Shown: in pieces, positions 25,659-37,885 of the stretch
Numbering within the stretch: position 1 is the stretch's first letter
How the letters are laid out: each line of letters begins with the position of its first letter
From: Callorhinchus milii
Taxonomy: Eukaryota
NCBI RefSeq assembly: GCF_018977255.1
Contig: NW_024704742.1
Span: 61,134,001-61,198,000 of the forward strand
Length of the DNA stretch: 64,000 nt
Direction of reading: 5' to 3'
Position numbers and translations under genes: made by a program
The notes under the pieces: model-generated
Databases searched by the model: none
What the model saw: the letters and a program-made list of their open reading frames with translations, nothing else
Told to the model about the DNA's origin: nothing

Positions 25659-27848
25659 CAGTCTGCAATTTTGGTGTCTATCCACAAGAAGGGTGACTCT
25701 AGTGAAACTGATAACTACAAAGGGATCTCACTAATTTCAGTGGCTCTTAAAGTGGTGCTTCGGGTATCAAATGCATGGTGATCAGGAAGGTACAGGTTGG
25801 CTTCCGTTCTCGTGAGGAATGTATGGGATAGGTTGTGGCTCTGTATGAGATCGCAGAACGTCGTAAGGCTGAGAGGAAACTCACTTGCCTTGTGTTCATC
25901 AGCTTTCATAAGGCTTTCGACCTAGTTCCTCTCAGCCCCTAGGCTCTGGAACTCCATTCCCCAGTACCTTCGCCTTGCTTCCTCCCTTTCCTCCTTCAAG
26001 GCCGGTCTCGAGACCTTTCTCTTCAACTGTGCCTTCACCTCCCCTCTCGACTCTCTACCCCCTTCCCTCCCCTCACCCTGACCATTTCCCCCCTGGTCGG
26101 GTCCCGACCCAACTGTCCAGCGCCTTGGGACGTCCTCCCGATGTGGAAGACGCTCTATAAATGCAATCTTGTTGTTGTTATTGTTGTTGAGGCTGGAAGC
26201 CATAGCAGCACATGGCTGAAACCTAGATTTTATCTGGAATGTGTACTCCAGCTCCAAGATTCGTGTAAGGGCCAACAGTGGACTTACTGAGGCCATCCCT
26301 CTGGAAAGCGGTAGAAAGCAAGGCTGCCCATTGTCACCCATCCATTCAATGTGTTCATCAGTGACATGTTGGATGGCATCGAAGAGGAAGGGCTTAGTGT
26401 ATCTGTTCCAGGCCTCTCTGACAGGATTGCAGCATTTCTGTTCGTGGGTGATATTGTGCTGCTGGCGGACTTACTTGGGGACCTTCTGCACTGCACTCGC
26501 CATTTTGAACACTGGAACAACCAGGGACATGGTGGTAGGCGCCCCCAAGTGCAGAATCATGGTTCTACATGGCCAAGGGAAGACATTGAGGGAATTGATT
26601 GGAAGATAAAAGAGGCATCAGTCCAAATTGTTGACTTTGATCAGTACCTCGGGGTTGTGATGGACACCAACTTCAGCCACTGTCCTGAAGGACCACGCTG
26701 AGAAGGGGGTAACGACACTCTGGTCATTCTCATCCCTCTTCAAGGACAGCAAGGTCCCAAGCGTGTGGTATATAATACCTGTGTGCAAACAGTCTTCCTT
26801 TATGCATCTGAGCTCCTGGGGATGCAGCGGAGAGGCTTCCTTCGACCCATCTGCAAAGTCCACAATCAAGCAACGAGGTGGATTTGTGGCAAACATGGGA
26901 AGCGGCTACAAGGAGGGAGAGCTTCAGCCTATACTGACCTGTTGCTAATCGCCCTGGAGGTGGAGTCGGCTTCACAGCGGGCACATTTATTTGCCAAGAC
27001 CTCTCACGTGAGAACCTGGATTGAGCAGCTGGTCCTGAGTGAGTCCGGTTTGCGGCATTGCACTTGAACCTCAAGAACATCAAAGTGGATAGCACGTCAC
27101 AAGTTATCCTATAAAGGTCCTCCCACCACGTTGAAGGCAGATGATGGCCAGATAGTTGATAAGGAAACTCTGAGGCTTGGGTGACAGCTGCTGGAGGGCG
27201 TTACCTGGAGTTCGAGTTCGTGAACACACGTTCATACGTCCAGTGCCTGGAATCCACCTTGCTTGCCTCCAGAAAGGCAAACAGCTGCTGCTTAAACCCG
27301 CACCTCCAATTGGTGGAACCATTGCTCAATGGGAAGGGATGTGTGCCCGAGTTGTGGACAGGAAGACAGTGGCAATGCTCTCACGCATTTCGTACTGTGA
27401 TGTGTTGCCCGACAGGAAGCTCCCAGGGAGTCCTTGATACCTATCATCCACCTAGTGAGGAACAAACCTGCGCCTGTCAGATGTTGAATGACCAACTAGT
27501 GACTATCCTCCTTGAGGGGTGGGGGGGTAAGTGGGGTCTCCTTGGAGCTGAACTGGTTCCAAGGTGACATGTCGGGCAATGGAATGTCGGAATTGAGCCA
27601 ACCCTCTGTGACGGTCGCAGTAGTCCGGTTCCTGAGCCAGGATGGCCCGTAGTATTCCAGGGCACTGCTGATGACAGCCCCGCCAGCCTGGCTGATCAGC
27701 AGGATCTAGAATGGCAGACCACTCACTAGGGTAGGGAGTCATCCCACTCAGCTCTTGTTAACCCTTCAAGCCAAAGCCCTAAGAAGTAGGGTGATCCTAG
27801 CTGGACAAGCAACGGGAAAGCTTGTCGGATAGCAATATCAATGGTAAG
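25659..27848 (+). mobile_element. 5'-truncated non-LTR retrotransposon, RTE/RTEX-group-like (RT + C-terminal CCHC), pseudogenised
   Basis: AILVSIHKKGDSSETDNYKGISLISVALKV; QVGFRSREECMG*VVALYEIAERR; LVFISFHKAFDLVP; GRKQGCPLSP; VPGLSDRIAAFLFVGDIVLLA; YLGV; YASELLGM; CPSC-X10-H-X4-C at 27344-27403. The 3' boundary is approximate. Confidence 0.85.
25928..26189 (+). mobile_element. L2 family A 3' end nested in the RTE-like LINE
   Basis: Matches 48762-49040 (-); hairpin AGCGCCTTGGGACGTCCTCCCGATGTGGAAGACGCT and (TTG)n tail; splits KAFDLVP from RLEAI. Confidence 0.92.
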
Positions 27849-28070
27849 TTATGTGATTTTAGCTGGTTAGACTCCAGCAGTACCTGCAACGTTCACTCTG
27901 AGGTCCCCAAGTCTTGGCTCTTGCCAATCTGCACCTAATACTTACCGGAATTAGGTAAGCAGGATGTGTCCCTCAAGGAACAGTGCTATTCCTGGATTAT
28001 ATAATATAACATAATGATGTTGTTGCTGATGTATTAGAACCAACATCAGAATGTTGCTTCAGATATTTCT

Positions 28071-28289
28071 CCTCTGTTTACTTACCAGTAAGTAGGAATC
28101 CGGTTGTTAGTCGATTGGCAGATAATAATACCTTCAAAAAAAATAATAATTTGGTTAATCAATCCACAATTGTTTGTGGGACACTGCTGGGTGTCATTGA
28201 CTGCTACGTTTCACCCACAAAATACACAGTCACTACACTCCATAGTATATTCTGTGAAGTGCTTTGAGATGTCTTGAAGACGTGATAAG
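28071..28289 (+). mobile_element. tRNA-Ala SINE long variant, head missing
   Basis: CCTCTGTTTACTTACCAGTAAGTAGGAATCCGGTTGTTAGTCGATTGGC...TATCAAATGCAAGG. Confidence 0.85.
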
Positions 28290-30004
28290 ATGCGATATCA
28301 AATGCAAGGTGATAGGTTTCCACATGTGGCAGACACCTGGCTGACCCAAAAATGGCCTCCTAGTCAAATGACAGATCTGAATCTCTGCATCCTAAGGAAA
28401 ATGTACCCTACGAAAATCTGTGACACAATTTGCCCAGGTTTTTCACCACCACAAGCAAGAAGTATTTACAATTTACAATTAAACTGGTAAATTGTTTGAA
28501 GAGCTTTGTTTGTAATTGTTTTGTGGTGTGCTTTCTGAGTTTGTGCAATCTAAGGAGAGCGTGGGTTCAGAACAACTGTTCTGGATGATCTTAGCATCCA
28601 CTGCGTCATTGGCATTCTGACGTTGTTTCTTGTGTTTAAATGGTAGTTTAAGAGCTGGTGTTTTATATTAACTTCATCTGGTGGATGTGGTAAGGTAATT
28701 CACTTGCAATGATCGACTATTTTCTACTTGTACAGTGCGTGCTTTTGAATGCTGCGCATTTGTATGCGGAGGGTTGCAGACAGAAGTCCCAGCCTCCACT
28801 TTGATTACAATCTTTATTTTTGATCCTCCCTGGTCAGTTGGTAGAATAAAAAAAAGCCCCACATTTTCAGTATTGTCAGGCCTTACGGCATAATTCTGCT
28901 TTGACAGATGTACACAGAGCTTTCTGTGGAGCCCAGAAATTACAATTAGATTGAAGCCATTGAAGAAGAGGAAAACAAACTGCAGCAGTAGCCTGACGTA
29001 GGGGTGAACACATCATCCATTCTTCTTACCCTCCCTACGCTGAAGAGCTGATTTAAAGGAGGATTGTTTTAACAGTTCTTTGAAATCCGCAATTACTGAT
29101 GTAAACAAATTGCTCACAAAAGCACCATTCAGCATGTTAACAGACTACAAGTCTCCAGTGATCTTTTATATAAAGAGAGGTTTTGAACCAGCTATCGTTT
29201 CCAAGCAATAAACCCTGATGATAAAAGCAAAAGATTGAAGACATGCGCCGAGGGTTTGGGAAGTGGCAGGGGGCGGCGGTGCGTGGGTGGGGGGAGGGAG
29301 AAATGAGAAGGATAAAGAGGCACACACAGAGTTGGGGGGAGAAGAGAGACAGGTCAACAACAATTGACATTTATGTACCATGTGAACAATGCGTACAAAA
29401 ACACCATTCGCTCCAATATCATTCCTGGCTATGAAGCCTCGGTCTAAAGTTGCCCAGCAGCCCTCCTGTCCCCTGTAGTGGTGCTCAAGTAATGGTTGGC
29501 TCAGCTTATTCTCTTGGTTTAAATTTGTAGCAGCTGTGAGGAATATTGGGTATTCAGCTCCTTTGGCTAAATTTTAACATTAGTATTATTAGACTTGTTT
29601 TAACATCCAGTTTGTTAACTTAGCATTTTTGCCTAAATACATCTTAATTTTGCATTTCTAATGTATTTTCTTTACCATTTAAAGTGTAATTGAATTAGTT
29701 ATAAGTGAACTGCAACAAATTGGATCAACAAATAAGCACTATTAATGAATTTATTACATTTACTCAACTACCCCTAATTTGTTTTTAATGTAGGTTAGGC
29801 TAAGCAATTGAGTAAACTGCTACTTAAAAAAAATCAAGAAGGAGCATTTGTGGAGATCATTTTTAAACCATGTTTTCAAATTTCTGAGTTGTTCTGAGGT
29901 TTCATCCTGCCTCAGTTGGTAGCCCTCTTGCCTCTGGGTCACAAGGTTTACACACTTTCCAGCAACTACTTGTTAAGTACTTTGAGACGTTTCAACATCT
30001 TTGA

Positions 30005-30087
30005 GGTAGAGATCAGCCATGATCTAATAGAATGGTGGAACAGGCTCGAGGGGCTGAATGGGCTACTCCTGGTCCTGTGTTCCTATA
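30005..30087 (+). mobile_element. CR1-type 3' tail
   Basis: GATCAGCCATGATCTAATAGAATGGTGGAACAGGCTCGAGGGGCTGAATGGGCTACTCCTG, homologous to 46500-46580 (-). Confidence 0.75.
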
Positions 30088-30132
30088 ACATTATTCTTGT
30101 ATCAAATGCAAGTGTTATCTTTTACCTTATGG

Positions 30133-30490
30133 AATAATAATCCTTACATTTGGTTAGTCTCTTTCACATTGGGAGGCCATCTCAAAGTGCTTCACAAGAT
30201 GTACTGAAAAATGGATTGACTGTGTATTTTGTGGGAGAATGCAGCAGCCAGATGCACATAGCTGTATCCCACAAACAGCCATGGAGTGAGTAAACAATTT
30301 TATTTGGCCAAGACACCAGGAGAAACTCAATTCTCTTTTCAAATAGTTCTATGGGATCTTTAATGTCCAGCTGAACAAGCAGACAGGCCCTCAGTTTAAT
30401 GTCTTAACCGAAGGATGGCACCCAGGATAGTGCAACACACTCCAGCACTGCATTAGAGTGTCAGCTTAGACTATGAGAGTTCATGTCCCA
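30133..30490 (-). mobile_element. Deu-domain SINE
   Basis: AAATAGTTCTATGGGATCTTTAATGTCCAGCTGAACAAGCAGACAGGCCCTCAGTTTAATGTC...GATGGCACC...AGTGTCAGCTTAGA is the reverse complement of the Deu core. Confidence 0.8.
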
Positions 30491-31849
30491 ACATGTTGAT
30501 GTTTCAATATGATGAGTGCTATAAAAATGCAAGTACCTTTTGCTTAGCCTGAATTTGACACAGAATAAAACTGGTGTTGGACATGCCATTTGAGGTGGTG
30601 GCAGTCCACAGTTCTGACCACCACTGCCTCCCGACCTCAAGATAAACACTTTGCGTCCAAGGTAGCAATGGTTTTGGCTATGCAGCTTTGACCACTTGAG
30701 CTAAGTGCCTGGATTGCTCAGCCCCCACCCACCTTGTACGGGTCAGCAAGTTAGTTTCAGTCCTGCTGTCTTGTTCAGACTGTCCCAGCAGTTGGTGAAC
30801 TAGCAGCCCCCTAGGCCAAAACATGGAAAATGACTCCACATGTGTAGTTTAATGGATTCAGTACTGCATGGATGGTGGTTTCTCTAGCAACTGGGAGTTG
30901 CTATAGCATAGCATTTTCTGCTGCACACACAGCTTGAATAGGTCAACTATTCATAAGTGTTACTGGTGAATCTGGTTTGTACAAAGGTATCCTCCTGGTA
31001 AAGAATCCATTTGTGTATCTTTATTCCTGACTCATTTTTAAGTCTCATTTAAGAGACATTGACCATAAAACTAATGGATCACAAACCTCGACTATCCTCT
31101 TTAAATTCCTCCAGAAGATGCTAGAAAAAACAAGCGATCAGAGTGAGACACCACCCTGGATTAAAATATCCAGTAATCCTGTTTTTCTTGGCAACAGTTC
31201 AGATTGTTGTTGATGTCACATTAATGCATTTAAAACATTGTAGAATATACAGTAAATGCAGAAAATGTACTCCGAGAATGCTTTCGTGTTTCCCGCAATG
31301 AGATTGTGTTACAGCATCGAACAAGACGTGTAATTTGCATGAGTTAGACCCCGTTACATAATGGAGCAATTAACAGATCAACCAACATTTGTAGCGATGA
31401 GAATGGGGAGCTGGCATTGATGGCATAAAAATGTACAGCTACATTGACTCATTACATGCTTCAGTGTGTTTTAACATACTCCTGCTTGCCTTCTTTGAAG
31501 ACAGTTGGACAGATAAAAGACCTAGATTGTGATGGGCTTTCAGCAAATTTATCAGAATTACAATAATTAAAGGTCTGCAGAATTCTTGATCTGAAACCCA
31601 GTACGTCTCTCAAGAGCATCTCAAGAAAGCTATTAATTCAACTGAATATACTGTAGCATTTAATATTAAATAGTTTGTTTCCAGGACATCAACCTTTTCT
31701 TTGACAGTCATTAATTTTGGTTCTGTACACCTTTTGTGGTTCAGGTACAAATTGAGAGATTTGTTTTTCCGAATCCCAATGCTATTTTTTTTAAAAATTC
31801 TCCAACTTATCCGTGTTTTTATTCCCTCCAAATCCAAGCAACTGCTCTG

Positions 31850-32150
31850 TTTATATGACACGTTGTCACATATATCTCCAAGTCCACTGATGTTCTATCA
31901 GCTTGTTTGTCTGACATCGAGGCCTGTATCAGCACTTTCAGACACTATGTATTGAAACTTTGGAACTCTCTCCCTCGATCCTTCCTCCTTGGCCCCTCCT
32001 TCCCCTTTTTTCAGATCACCCCTGAAGACCTTCTTCTTTGACCATGCTTATGTTCACCTCCTGCCCGCTCGGTGTCAGACTCCGCAACTGTTAAGCGCTC
32101 TGAGATGCTACCCCATGTGAAGGCCACTATATAAATGCAAGTTCTGTTAT
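31850..32150 (+). mobile_element. L2 family B 3' end
   Basis: LWNSLPRSFLL..FRSPLKTFFFDHAY and tail AAGCGCTCTGAGATGCTACCCCATGTGAAGGCCACTATATAAATGCAAG. Confidence 0.8.
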
Positions 32151-33850
32151 TTTATCAATAGCTGTTACATTCCCTTTGCCTCCCTCCCTCTCTATTTTCA
32201 ATGCCCATTTTAAAAAAAACTATACCTTTGCACCTTTGGTATCTCCCACTGATTCCCATCACCCACACTGTGCAGGACCTCACTCCATCTCTATAAAGCA
32301 CTTTCACCTATATGAAAGATGCAAGTTGTCACGATTAACTGAGAAATTTAGATTAATGTCAAATGGACAATGGGTCTGAGTGCAAAACTAATTTGATTGC
32401 ATTGGTCCTGAGAATCTCAAGATGAAAATGCAAAGAATCGACTCTTTAATCAATGTGGGATGAAGTGGTGGTGAAAATATCCTGTTCAGAGGCCTTAGTT
32501 GGAGGTTGTTAGACAGAGATAACATTAGAGCAGATTACCGCCCAATCAGTTCAATGCTTTCACTTTACCACTTCTGCCATTGCTACTGATTAACATCAAT
32601 TCCAATAATTAATTTGATGACCTCATCAACCACATATTTGTACCTAAACTTCGCAAATTATCAACATTTTTATATCAAAATTTTGAGGAAGGTAAGTCAT
32701 GTCACAAAACCTGAAGGTAAATGTTATTAAAGTTGTGAGTCAGAAAACAGAATAATCCTTCATTCAAACAACAATTCTTAGTGTAAGTAACTGCTCAGGA
32801 ACATTGAAGCTTAGAACAAGAGGAGGCCATTCAGCCCTTTTAACCTGTACCACCAGTTTATTAGATCTTTCCAGGTGTTTTAATCCCAATGCCCCACCAT
32901 TTTGCCCTGCCCCTTAATACCTCTACACTGCTGGTATGTCTATCTCTTTTAAACATTGGTTCACTTATAGTTGAACTTGGCCTTTTGTTTCTTGAGCTCA
33001 ATATATTTTCTTACATTACCCGTGGGTTTTGCCTGAGCTCAGGTCATAATTGTGTGTTATACACATGTGTAGAGTTTATGTACATAGGAAACATATATTG
33101 CGTGTCATTTGAGAACACAAAATTATCCATTTATATGTACTCCACCCATGACAATGGCTTATTTCTCATGTATTTCACTTGTTGCTCTCAATTGAACTCA
33201 CTATTATTTTCTTGTTAATTATTTGCTTATAGCTTTTTTTTGTTCACATGTTTTACTTATCTCTGTATCAGTTACCTGTATTTTTATGTATTTTATCCTT
33301 GCTTGTGCTATGATGAATTTCTCCTATAGCTACATTTGATAAATCTCTCACAATCTTTCTGTTCTCTCTTCATGTAAACCATTTTTCCTAATTCCCTTTT
33401 GTTCGTGTAAAGTGTTTCTCTCGGCTGATGTTCATCTGTGACCCTGTCTTGTATTCTTTGTTTATCATGGTGAATGTTGATAGCTTGCCCTGTGGTATTT
33501 CTGCTATAAGTACACAAACTGCTTCATTTGAACATGTTGTGATTCTACCAGCACAGGCCACACTATCATTAACTTGTCCCTAGTTTCTAGGTAGGGTATC
33601 TATATGGAGGACAAAAATGACAAGAATTTTAAAATGATTCACAGTTTGCAATTCGTTTCTTGAACTACTCAGAAATTTTGAAGCTTGGTGTGAATTCACC
33701 CATATTCCTCTTATGGGCACTGAGCGTCCTCGTAAAACCATTGTAATGCAGGTAGTCTACTATATTTTGAGACTCAGCCTATGGTCATTTTGACGCCCTT
33801 TCAGCATTAACAGCAGAATCCAGAATAACAGTTTCACCTTTCATAATAAC

Positions 33851-34245
33851 CTGGTTCAGTTTGTTGCTCTCTTACCTCTGAGTTGGATTGTGAGTTCAAG
33901 TCCCATATTGGGACTTTGAGTTCATACTCTAAGTTGAAACTCCAGGACAATGCTGGGGGAGTGCTGCATTGTTGGAGGTGCCATCCTTCAAATGAAATGT
34001 ACCAAGGTCTCGTTTACCCGTTCAAGTGGACAATCAAGATCCAGTGACATGATACCAAAAGAGAAGGGTGTTTTTTTAGTATTCTGGCTAACAATCCCCC
34101 AGATAAAATTGGTGACTTGTTTTATGGCTGTTTGTGGGATGTTGGTGTATGCAAATTGGCTTAACACTACACATAGTACACTCTGCAGTAAGTTATGAAT
34201 TACAAGGGTGTGAAAGAGCACTATATCAAAGACAAGGATTATTAT
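33851..34245 (+). mobile_element. Deu-domain SINE, near full length
   Basis: tRNA-like head (..CCTCTGAGT...GAGTTCAAGTCCC), GGGAGTGCTGCATTGTTGGAGGTGCCATCCTT core, L2-type tail with GGATTATT. Confidence 0.82.
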
Positions 34246-34615
34246 AATAGCCAAAAGAAAGTCCTGAATATACATAACTAGCCTTGCATCTTCTGGTATG
34301 GTTCCCAGTGATGCTTGATTCTTTAATCTCACATTGAAGGGTTACAGCAGATCAATTAGTCATGGAGTGATTTGGTTGCTCAAAAATGTTTTGGGTACCC
34401 AGTGAATGGATTTGGATATAGCTACAGCAGTGGACATAAGTTTTTTTTTATTCTATAGGTCATTAATATCCCCCACATTAAACAAGGGTAGAAATGCGCC
34501 ATCACCTATGGATTAACTTCTCCACAAATAAGAATTATTTATTGGAATTAAATTGGTTCTAATGGCTTGTTTCAAAAGATTGTGCAGCTTCCTGTATGTT
34601 TTAATGGTTTGTTCT

Positions 34616-35015
34616 AATAATACTTGCATCTTATGATGTTTAATGCCCCAAATTGTGTTCACATGATGAACTGTCGTAACTGTATTTGTAGACACATGTG
34701 GCAACCAATTTAAGACCAGTATTGGCCCACAAATGGTCATTGAGTGAATGACCAATTTTATCTGGACTATTGTTGGCCAGGACACTGAGAGAAATTCCCT
34801 TCTCCTTTTCGAAAAATCCAATGAGATCTTTAATATTCACCAAAACAGGCAGATGGGATCTTAGTTTAACGTCTCAGCCAGAGGACGGCATTTTCGACAA
34901 TGCAGTGCTCCCCCTGCTCTGAATTGGAGACACCACCTAGAATATGAGTTCAAAGACATGTGGTTTGAACCAACATCCTCCTGACTCAGAGGTGAGAGTC
35001 CTACCAACTGAGTCA
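34616..35015 (-). mobile_element. Deu-domain SINE, near full length
   Basis: On +: GTTTAACGTCTCAGCCAGAGGACGGCA...GACAATGCAGTGCTCCC...CCTGACTCAGAGGTGAGAGTCCTACCAACTGAGTCA. Confidence 0.82.
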
Positions 35016-36134
35016 GGGTGGCATCCGGGAGTCGAATTAATGGTTTGGGTTAACCATGTGTAAATACACATGGTGTGTACATGTATAGAGGAAATTATAG
35101 ATGTCTTAATGAATTAACTAATGAAAATCATCTAATTTATTTGGTAAATTAAGTTATGATGGAGGGGGTAGGAGAGATAAAGATGGATAGATGGGTTCTC
35201 CTTGGGGCTATGTTGGTTCTAATATCCTTTCCTATGGTTTGGTGGCAAAACGGAGTGTGATATCATAGTTTCTGTCCACCCAATAACTTTCATAAAGATT
35301 AATGAACTGTTGATTCTCTCGATGGCTCAATTTCAGTGTGAACATGAGCCATGCAGTCACTGACTTTCACGGATTCCTTCCTTAGTCTATACTGTTCACT
35401 GATCTCAGTCATTGTCAGTGGGAGTACTGTAGCTTTTAATAAACTAGAAAAAGTATGATCTCGGCCGCATACAAAGTCTTTTTATTCATCAAATTAGTCC
35501 AATAATTTTTCTTAAACGTGTGCTTGCCAATTTATTGCGAACAGGAGATGTGATGCCTAGGTTGATATAAATCTGTAGCATTTATTTGAGATCTGTTGAT
35601 GTTTCTTTTGGGAATTGTACTAATGGGTTTATTAACCGGACCAGTGATGCCTTACCCCTTTTAAACATTCTCAAAATATTTAGGCTGTTCTGTAGTCCCA
35701 TAAGAGCTACTAAATGATCTGCCAATAAAAGGGCTGAGGTAGTAAAACGGTAGCATGACAAATGGGTGTTTATTCAATAGCCAGGCTGTATCTTAATGAC
35801 ATTGTTTTGTTGCACTGAAATGTCCTGCAATAAACTGTTCTGTAATAACCCTTTTCTGCTGGTACTCCTGTTTTCTTGTTAACCAGTTTTATTACTCAGT
35901 ATATTATGTAGACATGAGTACATGCTCAAATTGAGCTCTTCCCAAATCCAAGTCTTGGGTTGTATGTGTGGAAGGAGATTGATGAGCTGTACTTGCTGAT
36001 AGATTAGTTTGGGCTATTTGTTTTTTTTAACATTGAGAAAATGGCCAGGACAAAAGGAGAGGATCGACTGAATAAATATTGTATTTTCATTCTTAGTTTA
36101 CTTCGCTCTACTTTAGAAGGTTAGGCATGGGGAG

Positions 36135-36830
36135 CGGGTTCGATCCCGTTATCCTTCCTCCGCCACATCCGTTCCCTGACCAGGACCGCTTTCCTCTTCC
36201 ACCGCTACATTGCACGTCTCTGACAATACCTCACTCCACAAGCTGCCAAAACCCTTGTCCACGCCTCCGTCACCTCTCGGCTAGATTACTCTAACATCCT
36301 CCTTGCCAGTCTCCCCTCCTCCACTATTCACAAAATGTAACACATCCAAAACTCCGCCCCCTGCATACTCACCCGTACTAAACTCCGCACCCCGATTACT
36401 CCAGTCCTTGCCAAATTCCACTGGCTCCCTGTCACATAGCAGATCGACTTCTAGATCCTCACTCTAGTGTTTAAATCCCTCCATGCGTTGGCACCACCCT
36501 ATCTCTCCAATTTCCTCTCTCCTCACAGAACTACCCACTGCTTCCATTTTACTGGCTCCGGCCTCCTCCTTGTCCCTCGAATCCTCCGTTCCACAATTAG
36601 CTGCCGTGCCTTCAGCCACTACGCCCTGAAACTATGGAATTCTCTTACTCAATCCCTTTACTTTGCCCCTTATTTCCCCATTTTCAGGTTTGCACCTGAA
36701 GACCTTCCTCTTCGACCATGCCTATGGTCACCTTCCCCCACCGCCTGGCTCAGTATCGGACTCCACCATTGTTAAGCACTCTGGGACGCTGCCCAGCATG
36801 GAGGGTGCTATATAAATGCAAGTTTTTGTT
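36135..36830 (+). mobile_element. 5'-truncated L2 family B
   Basis: FLFHRYIARL...[25 protein letters not shown]...HWLPV...FKSLHALAPPYLS...LWNSL; hairpin tail. Confidence 0.9.
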
Positions 36831-37771
36831 GAGCAAGGCATTGCAATCACTCCCAGCCATGATGTCATCTGATCTGCTCCAAGCACCTTAAGAAGGAGTT
36901 GGTGGATGGCAGTTGGATGGTGAGATATCTCATGGAGGATATTTCCCTGCTACGTTTTTCCATTGCCTGCAGTTCTTTTGACCTCTTGTTCTATTAGAAT
37001 GAGGTTGGCTATCTCGCCAGACTTGGGTCAGATCTGGGACATTATTGGTCTCCAAAGCACAGTGCTCCACTGCCTACATCTCCTCACTGAGCTGTCAAAC
37101 GCCTTTATGTTCCTCTTTGCATTCTCCTCATTTGCATTGGGACTGCGGATTATGGTGCTGACACTATTTAATGACAAGGCATTTGTAATGAAAACTGAAG
37201 GTTACCATTGGGGACTTAGAAGCAAACGTTGAGCAAAATTCAGAAGTGACAGTCGTGTAGAGACAGAACTATTCCTTGTAAAAAAAACAGAGGCAGAAAT
37301 AACAGCTTCTGGAGCTGGGGGCATGGGCAGCAGCTTATGTGATGGATAGCCTCATGCCTGACTTACTCTTGGCAAAGGTGAGATTTACCTTTGAACCACT
37401 ATTGCTTGTAGCTTGTATAATAGGTGGTGGGAAAAAAATGATGTGGACTGAAATAAATTCATGAATTTTTGAATATAGCTTTTAATATTTTTTTCAAACA
37501 CTTTTGTTTACGCAGCTATTGGCTACAGTTCAGTGGTTGGTTTGTGGACATTGTCAGGCTTCCAAAATCTTGCATCTCTTAGGGGAGATCCACTGGTATT
37601 AAACTTGGACCTCTTGTTTAATGGATATGAACCGTAAACCCTCTTGCCTTTAAGTATACAGTCATTTGAATGAAGTAACTGAGCAGTGTTTACACTACAA
37701 AAGATAAGGAACCAGATAGAACTTACTGAAGATTTCAATGTTCTAAGGGTTTTAGCTAAACTGGTCCTCAA

Positions 37772-37885
37772 TGATAATAATAATCCTTGCATTTGATATA
37801 ATGCCTTATCACGTCTTTGAGACGTCTAAAAACGCTTCACAGAGTATACCGTAAAGGAAATTGACTGTATTTTTGTGGGCAAAAT
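37772..37885 (-). mobile_element. SINE 3' tail (old-loop type)
   Basis: AATAATAATCCTTGCATTTGATATAATGCCTTATCACGTCTTTGAGACGTCTAAAAACGCTTCACAG. Confidence 0.8.

Noticed and set aside
28736..28890. AG-preceded frame reading (V)RAFECCAFVCGG..., in phase with exon 1 and superficially like GPM6A exon 2 (CFECCIKCLGG)
   Set aside because: Similarity is limited to FECC and GG. IPYASL and FCGCGHEAL are absent and the frame hits TAA near 28890, which is implausible given the perfect conservation of exon 1. Treated as chance.
32685..32697. Perfect donor GAAG|GTAAGT
   Set aside because: No in-frame ATG upstream (TAA at 32610-32612 in the phase-1 frame) and no convincing acceptor; isolated consensus match.
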